Positions 8,921 through 21,000 of a stretch of 64,000 nt of DNA are shown here, piece by piece. Below the pieces are notes generated by a model, which had not been told where the DNA came from, did not search any database, and was given only the letters and a program-made list of their open reading frames with translations. Made by a program: the position numbers and the translations under genes. How positions within the stretch are numbered: the stretch's first letter is position 1; every line of letters begins with the position of its first letter. The DNA is from an uncultured virus (IMG/VR IMGVR_UViG_3300008261_000059) (taxonomy: Duplodnaviria; Heunggongvirae; Uroviricota; Caudoviricetes), in the IMG/VR virus record IMGVR_UViG_3300008261_000059, positions 1 to 64,000 of that record. One strand, given 5' to 3'.

Positions 8921-11900
8921 AATACTGCGATTGCTCTTAGATCTTTAATTTTTGGTACAACTGATTGATTTTTTCCTGCCATGATAATTTTTATTTGGAA
9001 CCCATTGAATAATGGTAGGTCTTTAGCAGTATATTCATAACTTCTATATTCCGATTCGGAAGAAGAAGGTAAAACATTAATATCTGGAGTACCATCATTA
9101 TTTTTTGGATCAATCACATTGCCATTTAAATCTACATTTCTGAAACCAGGGAACAATTCAAATAGTTGTTGGTCATCTGGAGTGTCAGATCTCAACAATC
9201 GATACATTACTATAATTTCATTTGAAACATCTCTATAAGCATCAAAGTAAACTTTGAGACTATCTGCACCTTTTTGCAATCTAATTACTTTGGAGATATA
9301 AATTGCAGAAGTTGGATCATCATAAAGACTATTAACTCTAGGATCAGTTACATAATTTGCAACTGGTCTATCAAGTCTATTCATTGTTGTAATAATATTA
9401 ACTCTATCCAAGTCTATAATTGGTGAAACTTTAGTATCACTAGTGGAAAGAGTCATTTCCATAACAAAGGACTTATATCCAAGATAGCTCTGAAGATTTG
9501 CAACTTCGTTGACCCTTGATGCAATAATTCTTGGATTATCAAAGTAATTATTTGAATTCAATGATATTGATTCAAATTCTCTGGCACTAAATGGTAGTTC
9601 AGTCCCATTTACACTCTTTCCAGTCACTGTTCTAATTTTTGCATCAAGTGATGTTGTTTCTGGAAGAAGTGATTGAATATTTGGTCTTAAACTATCAAAT
9701 TGTATATTTTGAGATGCCTTTGGTCCAGAAATAGTATTTGCTCCAGATGAACCAACATTTAAATCATATGTTCCACCTGTCTTTGTTTCACTAAAGAATA
9801 ATTGTGGTGGACCAAATCTTCTATCTTTTCCTTTCTCATCAGTTTTTACTTTAATATGATAACTATCTAGAGTGATTGGATATTTATTGGTATCTACATC
9901 CGCAAATGAGTGTGTTCGATTTATTCTTCTCAAAGAAATACCATTAAACTCATATTTAAATACTGGGGAGCCAGAGAAGTGGTACGGTATAACTGTGACA
10001 TTAAAAACACCAGGATTGTCGATATCAATTCCTCTAGTTATACCAGTAAGAGTATTTGCATCAGAGTCATATCCAGTGTATCTGATTATTTCATTATTTA
10101 CCTTGATATATCCTGGATTGTCCGATGATATCCCAATATTTTCAAAACTAGTAAAGATTCCAACAGAAGATACTTGGATACTTCCAGTTGCAGCCTGATT
10201 GAAGTCACTTACTAATTTTTGTGGAGGTACATCTGATTCAATTCCATAAAGAGTAACCAGGTTAGTATCAGAATACATTCCATGATTGTTGTGATTTACT
10301 TTGAAATGTAATCCATCAGTTAAAAGTTCAGAGTAATTTACGAGTCCATTTGAAATCGTTGATATTCCATTGCTTGGATTTACATAAGAAATCTCATTAG
10401 CAACGTTCGATGTATTGATTTCATCTTGAACTTGATCTATAATCAATGAATTGAATGATGAAATGATTCCAACTAAATTCGGAATTGTCAATACCAAATT
10501 TCTACCAAATCCACCAGTTTGACTGCTTGGAACAGTTAATGTATCACCAATAGCATAACCTGTTCCACCAATAGATACTGTTGCTGCAATTGCAACTCCA
10601 GATTGGATAGTTAAATTAACTTTAGCACCAGAACCTCTACCCGATAATGTGGTTAATGGAAGATTATTGTATACTGTATTTTCGGTATATCCAACTCCAG
10701 GATTCGTTATGCTGAGGTTTGAGTTAATTCCTACAGCACCTACAATACTTGACAACTTTCCAGAGAAATTAGGATAGTTGGATTGCAATATTGTTGTTCC
10801 AGGTACTAAATTGGTAATATCGTAAGTAGATAATGTTCCCGAAAGACCGACTAGAATTTTCTTAGAATATGCAACTATTGGATTTGGTCTTAGAGAAGCA
10901 ATTTGTCTATTTCCTACACCTAAATCGGGGTTGTAGAATCGGAAACTTCCAGTGGTTGAAGTAAATTCTGCTCTATGTAGAATGAATTTTAGATCTTCCA
11001 ATTGCGATGGTTCCCATGTAGCACCATTTTGCGATTTAAACAATGAACCAAGAGTTGGTTGTTGGGAAACGATGATTTTTTCTGCTTCTGGTTTATTGAT
11101 TGTCGATACATCAACTTCAGTCATTCTTGAAATCCAAACATTATATGAGTTTGAATTGGAAATCAATACGATAGCATAATCATTGCCACTTTCTAAGAAT
11201 ACGGGAGCAGGGAAAGTAAATGTTGTTGAGACAGAAGCATCTTCAGAAATTGTAATTTGATCTGGATTTAAAACAACTTCACCAAATGGAAGAATTTCCT
11301 GTGATGGTAAACCAAGATATGATGTTCTTAATTGTAAAGTTATAGGAATATTTGCTTCATCTTTAGTTCTGAAGAAAATTTCACATTTGGTTATGAATAC
11401 ACCATTGTTATCATTTACTTCAAATGTTTGGGCAAGTGGGTCTACCCATCTTCTCTGAATTACTCTAGTTGATATTACTGATCTATTTGTAAGAGTTGTA
11501 TTTGCAACAAGTCTGTCTTCAGTTTCTGTTAAAGTTCTAGAATCTGTTCTAATATTTCTTTCAATATCAGCATTTCTTACTCTTAAAGTCAAACTTTCTA
11601 CATTATCTACTGTTCCACTAGAAGTAAAGTTTGCTTCAGCAATACTATCAACGGAACCACCAATAGTGGAATTGGTTGAACTTGTGGTCAATGATAATGT
11701 TTTTGTTCCAGATTCAAATGTTGGATTTGATGGAATGGTTGGATCTGGAATGAATAAAGCTCCAATAAATGTTCCAGAGGAATCGGTAACAAGTCTAATG
11801 TCTGTTACTGTTGCAATCGCATTGCTCAATGCTCCAACTAGTTGCATTGAAGGTGCAACAGATCCAAAGAATCTTGAATCTGCTTGGTTTTCCAAACTAG

Positions 11901-14900
11901 CAGTATCAACATTTAAAATAGTTGTTGTTGATGAATATGAACCAGACAATGAACTTGTTGGATTATATGGATTTTCCTTATAGAATTCTGTTGGTTGATT
12001 GTAAGGTCCATATTTGTGATTTTGCTTAGCAAGTCTAAATGTAATTGCACGATTTACTCCAGTGACTGGCATAAATCCAGTTATAGTTTCACCTTCAATA
12101 AAGGTTCCGCTAGTCATTCTAACTTCAAGAAGTTTAGGGACCATGAATGTGGTCATGTCCCTATTGTCAAAGAATGCGTAGAATCTTGTTGATGGTTTTA
12201 ATCTTCTTGCTAAAATTTCAATATTTCTAGACCTCATTAAGGTTAGGATTGCTCTAGATACAACTCTGTCCCCAAGACTAGTTGTATCAAATCTTTCACT
12301 GACTCCAAATTGTATACCCTGCCTAGTTTGTTCTGTTCTTGTTGTTACTGTATTATTTCTAAATTGAGTTAAGGAATCTTGGAAAATATCAGTAGTTGTA
12401 ATTACATCCCCAGAAGATACTGTTGTTGAAGATAATAAAGTTGATGGATTTTGTATCTGTGTGATTACAGGACCTTCAACGGTTGAAGTTCCTGTCCAGT
12501 TTGTTTCCCATGCATTCCAATTAATTGGAGATAGACCAGTATTGGTATCAACTCCAAGCATTTGAATTGCTGTATTATAATTTCCCTCTACATCCTGAGT
12601 TCTTTCAGTTTTTCTTGTTTCTATCCAAGTGTCTGTAGATGGATTCAATTCAATAGTTCCAATCCAACTTGGGGTATTAAATGGATTTACATTTTCTGTT
12701 CTAGTTGCAAATCTATTTTCTGTATAAACTACATCAGTATAATCTAAACAAACAATATCACCGATACGTTTTACATTTTTGGAACCAAGATCATTAGCAA
12801 ATCTTAAATCCACATTTGGATTAGATGTTGTTCCAATACCAATGACTGCCTCAGACCCAAGTATTAAATCAACGGAAGTTGTATAATGTTGGGGTCTTAG
12901 AACACCGAGTGCTGTGTCTACACTTGCTTTATATGATTGATTTGCAATGTCTCCACCATTATATGATTTAAAATTATCTACAAAAAATCCAGATTTGAAT
13001 TTATCAAGACCAGTTTGTGGGTCTCTGATAGAAAGATTTTTAGTATCTGTTTCTAGTAGAGACAGTGAACTATAATATTCTACGTTTGATAATCTATTTT
13101 CAAGTCTTGAGATATCTTTCATTGTATATCTCTTGTGACTGGAAAGAGAAACTCTAACATCTTTCATATCATAAAGATATGGTGGATAGTAGAAAGTTGC
13201 AATCTCTAATGCAGAATCTAAATTGTTTGGTGCCTTTGGGGAATTTGATGGAACACCATTATTAATAATAAATGTTCCTTCTTTAGTTAGGAACAGTTTA
13301 TCTATTCTTGGTAGATAATAATTGTAAGAAAGATTTATTGTCTTATCTTTAGTGAAAATATGATTTGATGCATTTGCATTTAATGAGAATCTTCTAGATG
13401 AATATTCAAAAGGAGATTTTGTAGCAGTTGAAGCATCAAATTGCGAAACTCTTGGTCTTAAATCAATAATATCAGTGTTTCTGTATCCATCGATAATTGG
13501 TACGTCTTTACTGTATCTATCTTTATCAAATGAATCTGCAGAAACAAAATCACCAGGGTCAGAAGAATTAATTGTATAGTTATTAAATATAACTTTTATT
13601 TTTTTAGTAGGCGATGAAACTTCTTTTTTTCTAATTATTCTTGAATAATCGTAGTATTCTGGTCTTTGACCATTATCCAAGATATAATTATCTTTAATAT
13701 TTTTATCACCAATGGAAACAGCATTAATAGTACCAGAGATATTGGTCTCTGAAGATGTTACTCTTTCACCTAATGAAAATCTATTTTCATTTAAGTAAAC
13801 AATCTCAATGCTGTTTACTCCATCATTTCCAACATAAGCAGCAACAGCACCACTGGTACTTCCAATTATTCTTTCACCTTTTATGAAGTTATTTAAACTT
13901 GAATTTAAAGATGTGAAATAGATTCTTGGAAGTGATGGTTCTGATGTTGTTGAAGATTCATAAATTCCAAGAATGTTAACAACATCTGGAACATTTAAAG
14001 ATATTGCTTTATCTTGAACTCTAAGACCATATGGTTTTCTGTAAGTAAGACCATCATTTAATGTAGTTTTTCCAATTCCAGACGAAATTAACGATGAACC
14101 ATCAATAATTATGCTTGAGCATCTGTTGAATAGTTTTTTCTTTAGTTTTGTATTTACTTTTTTATATGTTACGGTTAATATTGCTTGTCCATTTTGACTT
14201 AGATTAACTAAGCTAACAGTTCTTCCAGAAACATAGACTTTTTGATTATCCAGAGATTCTATATTTCCATTTGAAACATATGAAAGACTGTAATCTTCTT
14301 CGTCAAATGGTTCTAAAGTTAGGTCAACGTTTGTTTCCAGATTACCATTAAATGAATTGCTGACTACTGTAATGACATATGATTTTCTTATAGAAATATC
14401 TGATGAACTTAAGTCTAAATTGGAAATATTATTATTGCCAAGTTTAGCATACAAGAATGCATTAGATGTATTTAAAACATCTAATGTCACTTTTTTGAAG
14501 TCATTGGCAGTAATTACAGTAGAAGGTAATGTTCCATCAGAAACACCAGGAACTGTATTGGTTGGTACTAAAATTAGTTTTTTCTCTGAAGTATCAATAC
14601 TTACAACTTCATTGTAGGTTGGTACAACATTTCCTTGCTTTGTATAAGAAACAATATCACCAGTTTTTATACCAACATAAAAATTGTTAGTTGAAGTTGT
14701 TACTGTACTGATTCCTGATGCCCCACTAGTGATAGTATATTGAACACCAGATTCTGTTAGGGATATTTTTTTGTTTAAAATTGGATCAGCAGTAAAAGAA
14801 CCAATTCCAGCAGCAGTGTTTATACCAACAATTTGATGAACATCTGTTAGATTATAATCCCTAACTCTTGTTATGACTCTTCCATCTTCTATGCCGTCAA

Positions 14901-16467
14901 TTATTAAACCTTCATCTTGCTTGAAAGAACCAGAAACTTGATATAATTTAACTATATTTGAATTGATTACATCAGAAACAACATATCCACTAGAAGAGCT
15001 ATACTTTCCTTCAATAAATGTGGATGCACTTAAAGTTATTGAAGCACTTAATTCTATAACTGTATATGTTTGAATATCATAAAGTGAACAATCAAATTCA
15101 CTTAATGTATTTGCATATCCAGCATTTCTTAGTTTTAAATCATAAACTCTTGCTACACCAATTTTTTCTCCAGACGCAAGACCAGGAGTTTGTGTTCTTC
15201 CAGAATAAAGAGAAATTTGAGATGTAGACCCAAAACCAACAGGAAGAGAACCAAAAACATTATTTACTAAAATTTGTCTACCAACACTGAATGGTATGGA
15301 TTGATTGACTACTTTTTCTGTAGTTCTTGGTTTTTGAAAATCTACAATAGTAGTATCAATAGTTTCAATGTCGTATCCTCTTACAACTGCCTTTCCTGGT
15401 GAAACTAATATACAACCTACAGAATCATTTGGTACATTGCCTTGCTTTGTTTGTTGATTTTCTACAAACAAACCGTTGTTGCCAATTTGATCATTTAAAG
15501 ATTCTTTTAGTGAAATATTAAATGGTCTTACATAATAATCACCAGACTCATCATAAGTTCTTCTTGCCAGTTCATCCTTAATTAAATCATAATTAGTAGT
15601 TTTGACAAATTTTTGTAGGACACCTTTTTCTGCACGTAGTAATTCTACAAAATTTTCATCATTAAAATCACTTAACTCTTTCTTAATTAAAGTTACATCA
15701 AACTTTAATCTATCTGCACCAGGTGCAGAAAAGTTAGAAAATCCTTGAGCATTATCAAACAAATCATTATACGAGTTTGATGCTACTGCTAATTCTTCAT
15801 TAATAAGTAATCCAACTCTATACGAAGGTGAGTTTGAGTATTGGTCTAATATTACAGTTTGTGGTTCTACAGTCACAAAGAAACCACGAATAAAATATAC
15901 ACCAGATGCTATTTTTGCTGCGGAACCAATAGCAGTTGAATTTGAGATAATTGAAGTAGCAAAAGAAGAACCACCTCTAATAGCAGAAATTCCATAAGTT
16001 ATATCATTAACTGCTAGTAAATTTTCACCATCAATAAATGTATTGGTTGAAAAATTAGTGTCACTTGAACTTTGGTACTTAATATAAAGAGTATAGTTTT
16101 TTCTATCTGAAGTTGAATTTGAAATATAATTTTCTACTTTTGCAGTTACACCACTAGATTCACCTTTAATTAATTTTCCAACTAAACTACTAATGTACAA
16201 AGATACTGGTATCCCAAGATGAGTTTCGTCAATCTGGACGCAAGTATAATTTGAATCATAAGAAATTTGTCCAGGAATAACCATTGCACCTTCTTTGAAG
16301 AAGTGCTGTCCAAACTTCTCAATTTGATTTTGGAGAATTGTCTGTAGTGTAGTTAATTCTCTTGCTTGTATTGGAGTTGCTGGTTTAAATAGAACTCTTT
16401 GATAATTTTTCTTTGGATCAAAATCATCAAAGTATGGAGATACATTTAAATTAGTATTCTGAGGCAT
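8917..16467 (-). CDS. DUF4815 / VrlC-like large baseplate-tail structural protein
   Basis: MPQNTNLNVSPYFDDFD...RVLFKP..IQARELTTLQTILQNQIEKFG; APGADRLK; DPLAQTF; LGSLFKSQNGATW. Confidence 0.85.
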   Translation of the reverse strand: MPQNTNLNVSPYFDDFDPKKNYQRVLFKPATPIQARELTTLQTILQNQIEKFGQHFFKEGAMVIPGQISYDSNYTCVQIDETHLGIPVSLYISSLVGKLIKGESSGVTAKVENYISNSTSDRKNYTLYIKYQSSSDTNFSTNTFIDGENLLAVNDITYGISAIRGGSSFATSIISNSTAIGSAAKIASGVYFIRGFFVTVEPQTVILDQYSNSPSYRVGLLINEELAVASNSYNDLFDNAQGFSNFSAPGADRLKFDVTLIKKELSDFNDENFVELLRAEKGVLQKFVKTTNYDLIKDELARRTYDESGDYYVRPFNISLKESLNDQIGNNGLFVENQQTKQGNVPNDSVGCILVSPGKAVVRGYDIETIDTTIVDFQKPRTTEKVVNQSIPFSVGRQILVNNVFGSLPVGFGSTSQISLYSGRTQTPGLASGEKIGVARVYDLKLRNAGYANTLSEFDCSLYDIQTYTVIELSASITLSASTFIEGKYSSSSGYVVSDVINSNIVKLYQVSGSFKQDEGLIIDGIEDGRVITRVRDYNLTDVHQIVGINTAAGIGSFTADPILNKKISLTESGVQYTITSGASGISTVTTSTNNFYVGIKTGDIVSYTKQGNVVPTYNEVVSIDTSEKKLILVPTNTVPGVSDGTLPSTVITANDFKKVTLDVLNTSNAFLYAKLGNNNISNLDLSSSDISIRKSYVITVVSNSFNGNLETNVDLTLEPFDEEDYSLSYVSNGNIESLDNQKVYVSGRTVSLVNLSQNGQAILTVTYKKVNTKLKKKLFNRCSSIIIDGSSLISSGIGKTTLNDGLTYRKPYGLRVQDKAISLNVPDVVNILGIYESSTTSEPSLPRIYFTSLNSSLNNFIKGERIIGSTSGAVAAYVGNDGVNSIEIVYLNENRFSLGERVTSSETNISGTINAVSIGDKNIKDNYILDNGQRPEYYDYSRIIRKKEVSSPTKKIKVIFNNYTINSSDPGDFVSADSFDKDRYSKDVPIIDGYRNTDIIDLRPRVSQFDASTATKSPFEYSSRRFSLNANASNHIFTKDKTINLSYNYYLPRIDKLFLTKEGTFIINNGVPSNSPKAPNNLDSALEIATFYYPPYLYDMKDVRVSLSSHKRYTMKDISRLENRLSNVEYYSSLSLLETDTKNLSIRDPQTGLDKFKSGFFVDNFKSYNGGDIANQSYKASVDTALGVLRPQHYTTSVDLILGSEAVIGIGTTSNPNVDLRFANDLGSKNVKRIGDIVCLDYTDVVYTENRFATRTENVNPFNTPSWIGTIELNPSTDTWIETRKTERTQDVEGNYNTAIQMLGVDTNTGLSPINWNAWETNWTGTSTVEGPVITQIQNPSTLLSSTTVSSGDVITTTDIFQDSLTQFRNNTVTTRTEQTRQGIQFGVSERFDTTSLGDRVVSRAILTLMRSRNIEILARRLKPSTRFYAFFDNRDMTTFMVPKLLEVRMTSGTFIEGETITGFMPVTGVNRAITFRLAKQNHKYGPYNQPTEFYKENPYNPTSSLSGSYSSTTTILNVDTASLENQADSRFFGSVAPSMQLVGALSNAIATVTDIRLVTDSSGTFIGALFIPDPTIPSNPTFESGTKTLSLTTSSTNSTIGGSVDSIAEANFTSSGTVDNVESLTLRVRNADIERNIRTDSRTLTETEDRLVANTTLTNRSVISTRVIQRRWVDPLAQTFEVNDNNGVFITKCEIFFRTKDEANIPITLQLRTSYLGLPSQEILPFGEVVLNPDQITISEDASVSTTFTFPAPVFLESGNDYAIVLISNSNSYNVWISRMTEVDVSTINKPEAEKIIVSQQPTLGSLFKSQNGATWEPSQLEDLKFILHRAEFTSTTGSFRFYNPDLGVGNRQIASLRPNPIVAYSKKILVGLSGTLSTYDITNLVPGTTILQSNYPNFSGKLSSIVGAVGINSNLSITNPGVGYTENTVYNNLPLTTLSGRGSGAKVNLTIQSGVAIAATVSIGGTGYAIGDTLTVPSSQTGGFGRNLVLTIPNLVGIISSFNSLIIDQVQDEINTSNVANEISYVNPSNGISTISNGLVNYSELLTDGLHFKVNHNNHGMYSDTNLVTLYGIESDVPPQKLVSDFNQAATGSIQVSSVGIFTSFENIGISSDNPGYIKVNNEIIRYTGYDSDANTLTGITRGIDIDNPGVFNVTVIPYHFSGSPVFKYEFNGISLRRINRTHSFADVDTNKYPITLDSYHIKVKTDEKGKDRRFGPPQLFFSETKTGGTYDLNVGSSGANTISGPKASQNIQFDSLRPNIQSLLPETTSLDAKIRTVTGKSVNGTELPFSAREFESISLNSNNYFDNPRIIASRVNEVANLQSYLGYKSFVMEMTLSTSDTKVSPIIDLDRVNIITTMNRLDRPVANYVTDPRVNSLYDDPTSAIYISKVIRLQKGADSLKVYFDAYRDVSNEIIVMYRLLRSDTPDDQQLFELFPGFRNVDLNGNVIDPKNNDGTPDINVLPSSSESEYRSYEYTAKDLPLFNGFQIKIIMAGKNQSVVPKIKDLRAIAVL

Positions 16468-16473
16468 TTTTCT

Positions 16474-18039
16474 TTAGAACTCCAATACGATTTTAATATC
16501 TTCTTTTTGGCTTGCTGATCTTGGAATTGCCTTTCTGTTATCGATATAAATTATATCACCAGATTTTTTGTTATATTCTGCCGATGATATTCCAGCAACA
16601 AAATTGCTTCCCAACTGGTATGTCCTACTATTTATTACTGTACTAATACCCGTAAAGTTTCTATCAATTGATAATGCTGGACCAACAATATTAGGACAAT
16701 TTATTGTATACGAACCACCAGCAATAGCAGATGAGGTAAATCCATAAATTCTGTATCCAACACCAACTGTAGCAAGACCAACTGGTTGATAATATTTTAA
16801 AACACCAGTTACATTATCCCAAGAAGCAACAAATCCAATTGCTGTCATACCTGTACCAATTGTTTGCCTAATTACAGAGTCTACTGGATATGTAGTTTGA
16901 GTTGTTAATCCAGAAAGTTTTATAGAATTTAAAGCACTTACCTGCCCTAAACTCAATCTTTCTGTATCACTACCAAAAATTGTTGGATTTTTTATAATTC
17001 CGATTCTGGCAAAATCGTTTCCAAGAATAATATCTGGATTTTGTTCATCGGTTAGATATCTGGAATAAACCAACACTCGATATGCACCAAGTTCTCTGTA
17101 AATATTATATCCATGTCCTCCTTTTGGTGGAATAATAACATCAAATGTCGCAATTCTTCCATCATTTGACAATTCTGATGGAATTCCAGGAGCACCAGGT
17201 TGGAATTTGATAATACCTTTTGTGTAACCAGATCCACCATCTGTAACAAAGACTTCAGACACTTTTCCAAAAGAATCTACTGTTATTGTTGCCTTTCCTC
17301 CAACTCCATCACCAAGAATTGGAATATTTGTAAATGATTTTGAAATGGGTTGATAATTTATTCCTCTATCTGTGATAGTAACAATCTCAACTTTACCATT
17401 AACTGCATTATTTTTTGTTGCAATAGTCTCACCAACTTCTCCCCAACTTTCTGGGACTGGAATGAATTCAATAGAATCAAATTTCACAATTTCAGATGGT
17501 TTAATTGTGAATAGATATTTCCAAATATACCCATCACCACTTGTTCCTGCTGGTCTTGCCTCTAAGTCAATAAATGTTGGTTGGTCAAATGATGGTCTTC
17601 CATTTGGGTTTTCTGGATCAGTTCCATTTTGAAGACAAATATAAACTCTAAAATCTTCATTAATTACATAAAAATTTGATTCGTATAAACTTGGTTGATT
17701 CGTTACTGGAGTTTTCTTATAAATTGAATAATCATGTCTGTACATTTCATAAGTTGTTCCAGAAGTCCACTGGACTTTTCTAATCATCCTCCTTACATCT
17801 TCATTTGTAATTTTTTTCATAGCAATGATGGTTTCTTTGACCTGATTTTCTTCGTCAAATCCGTCCAATGGAGTCAATCCATCACCCCAAATAGCAGATC
17901 CACCTGCCTGTGGATTTAAACTATTTGGTTGACCAATAAAGGTATAATAATTATTTGCAGTATTACCAACTGAAACTAGACTTTTTACAAAGGTTTCAGC
18001 ATTCATCACCCTAAATTGTTCAGTTATGATAGCAGGCAT
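16474..18039 (-). CDS. gp8: Baseplate wedge subunit gp8
   Basis: MPAIITEQFRVMNA, WTSGTTYEMYRHDY, VYICLQNG, DGYIWKYLFTI, QKEDIKIVLEF; start taken at MPAII (track extends to 18048); CTAAATA at 18061-18067. Confidence 0.85.
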   Translation of the reverse strand: MPAIITEQFRVMNAETFVKSLVSVGNTANNYYTFIGQPNSLNPQAGGSAIWGDGLTPLDGFDEENQVKETIIAMKKITNEDVRRMIRKVQWTSGTTYEMYRHDYSIYKKTPVTNQPSLYESNFYVINEDFRVYICLQNGTDPENPNGRPSFDQPTFIDLEARPAGTSGDGYIWKYLFTIKPSEIVKFDSIEFIPVPESWGEVGETIATKNNAVNGKVEIVTITDRGINYQPISKSFTNIPILGDGVGGKATITVDSFGKVSEVFVTDGGSGYTKGIIKFQPGAPGIPSELSNDGRIATFDVIIPPKGGHGYNIYRELGAYRVLVYSRYLTDEQNPDIILGNDFARIGIIKNPTIFGSDTERLSLGQVSALNSIKLSGLTTQTTYPVDSVIRQTIGTGMTAIGFVASWDNVTGVLKYYQPVGLATVGVGYRIYGFTSSAIAGGSYTINCPNIVGPALSIDRNFTGISTVINSRTYQLGSNFVAGISSAEYNKKSGDIIYIDNRKAIPRSASQKEDIKIVLEF

Positions 18040-18069
18040 TTTATACAACCGTTTTTTCTTTATTTAGTT

Positions 18070-21000
18070 CTATTTTAGACCACGAGTTCTATATACGTCT
18101 GGAGCATCATTAGTGTTAGTATCTACTTGGATTGGAATGTTTCCTGGTCCAGTTGTAAAGTAGCATCTTACTGTAACTATTCCAGAAACAGCAGGTGAAA
18201 CTGTGCCAACTCTATAAACACCATCAAGATACGAAGTTGCAGTTCCAACTCTTGATGCTGGATAATTATTCATTCCCCCCATTGAAGTAGTAATTCCAGT
18301 TAATGCATGACCAACTGTAGAATTGCTATTGTAAATTACAAAATAATCATTTACTTCTAATTGACTATTTGTTACTCCAAATGTATTCAGTGAGGAATAA
18401 CCAATACCCAAAGTTACATTATCATATTGCTCACTCTTCAGTACAAAATCAATATGAGTAGCACCAACACCAACATAAGTAATTACACCAAAATCACCTT
18501 TAGATTTGATTGAATATATCTTTTCACTAACTGCATCATCACCTTCAAGAAGAACTGGTGGTGGAGTTGATTGCGAATAACCAAATCCAGGATTTACAAC
18601 TCGAATTGAAGACACAGCACCATTTGATACTGTGGAAACTCCTGTTGCTCTGTTGTAAATTGGTTCAGCATACATTGTGGTTCCAGAAGTTCCAACGAGT
18701 AAATATCTACCCTCTTCAGCAATAATTGGTCCAATTGGTCTTATTTCTGGAGGTAATGGAGCAGGTATAAATGCAAGATCTTTTACTACATTGTTCTGGT
18801 TTGTTAACCTTTGTGTCCAATATTGTAAATCCAAGGAGAATAGTAATTGATTTGTGCCAGTTAAAGCAACATATACACCATACTCGTATTTTATATTAAT
18901 TAGGTCATCTGATATATTTGGAATTATTCTTTCCCAACCAGTATTTCCAGTTGTAGAAACAAAAATTGTTGCATTTTGTCCAACAGCAACAAATTGAGTT
19001 CCTGTCCATATAACTTTTTCAAAATTTCTGGTTGTTGGTAAAGAAACAATTCTGTCCCAAATATTTCCATTAGTAGAATGAATAATTGTTCCACTATCAC
19101 CAACGACAACAAATCTTGCGTCATTGTTGGCAACACCATTTAAATTAGTAAACACTGGTGGATTTTTCTTAAAGAATGCAGTTGTTCCAATTCCTACACC
19201 AGTAAATAGACCAATTCCATCACCAACTGCAACAGCAGTCCTTCTCAATGAGGAATAACTAATATCATTAAATGTATTGTAATAACTACTAAAATTGATG
19301 ATAGGATCTGGAAGACCAACGACAACCTGCTCTTCAAGTAATTTTATTTCTGTCCATGCAGATAAAGTTGTATTAATACCAACTGATGTTGCAATCTTTG
19401 CAAATTCACCAACAACATAATAACGATTAGGTTCTGCAACAGATACGGAGTTGAAAGATATTGTCTGTCCATAACCTATGGATGATTGGGACCATTCTAT
19501 TCCATTTGTAGATATTGCAACTATTCCACTTGAACCAACAGAAACAATTGGATTTCCTATTACAACTTTATTTAAAGTATAAGAAGAAGATATTCCATTG
19601 TTTGACCCTTTCCAGTTATAAATTGGGTCTTTTCTTTGTATGAATGCTGAAGATATTGCAACAATTGGATTTGTTAATGTATTATAACCAGTTCCTGCAT
19701 ACGAAATAGATAGACTCGAAATTGTTGACGCAGAAGAAACAATAGCAGTAGATATTGCTGGTTGAATATCATTTACATCTACAATAATAACATCTCTTAA
19801 GTTTTCACTCAGTAAATCAACCTCACTGAAAAGTGGGAATGCATTATTAACGTATATCTTTTCATCTTCGGAGAAAACATTTGCAATTAACTTTGTATTT
19901 GGGGTTATTCTTGATTTTAAGTCTGGTCTGGATTTGGAATATAAGACACCATTGATAATTCTATCTACAGTTTGCTTTGCCCATCTCAATGGCCTTTCTT
20001 TTGTTACATCGGTGTTTATGCCAATGCTATCATATGTAAATGTATCTAAAGCATCAGAGGATACAATCTTTTTGACAATTCTTTCAAATTGTGGTCTATC
20101 TCCAGGGTCTAAAATATTTTCTCCAATTTGTATGGTATCACCTTCTTTTATTGTTTTTGGTGGGTCAATTTGTTCAACATCTAAGTCAGATCCTCTAAAG
20201 AATAGTATGGTGCATTTTGAATTTTCTTTTGGTGCTTCAGTAAAAGTAAGTCTAGATCCGTTAAATGTGTATGATTTTATTGGTTCCTGCAATACATCAT
20301 TTATAAACACAAATAGATTATTTTCAATCTGAACATCTGTGCTAGGGTCAGATTTTAGACTCAATACTTCTGTTGTTCCTCCTTGAGATATGGTCAGTGT
20401 GAATTTTTTCTTTGAACCAGTAAAGTATTTTGCTATGTCATCAAATTGTATAAATTGACCTGGATAGAAACCACTAAACTTATCTGTCAGTGTTTCCTCT
20501 ACTGTAATTCTAAACTCACTAAATCCAATTCCAATTGATGGATTTGTTGTTACACCAACTACTTTTAATACATCACCTACCTTATAATATAATCCTGGTT
20601 CTTCAATATCAAATCCAATTACATTTCCTTGATTTCCTACAATAACTGAAGCCTTTGCACCAAATCCATTTCCTGTGGACCCAGAAATATACTCTAAAGG
20701 CAAATCACTATAACTTGATGGAATTCCAATTAATACTCTTGGAACTGGTGATGTTGTATATCCAGTTCCTGGATTGACAATGGAAATTGATGTAATAGTT
20801 CCTCCAGTTCCTATTATTGCAACTAAAGAAGCACCAGTACCGACATTTGATAAAATTTCAATTTTTGGTGGAGTCCTATACCCACTACCGAAACCTTTTA
20901 TAGTTACTGCTGATATTGTTCCTGCAGCAGAAACTGTTACTGTTGCACCAGCACCAACTAATGGTTGATAACCATATCCAGTAGTAATCCCAGTTCTAAC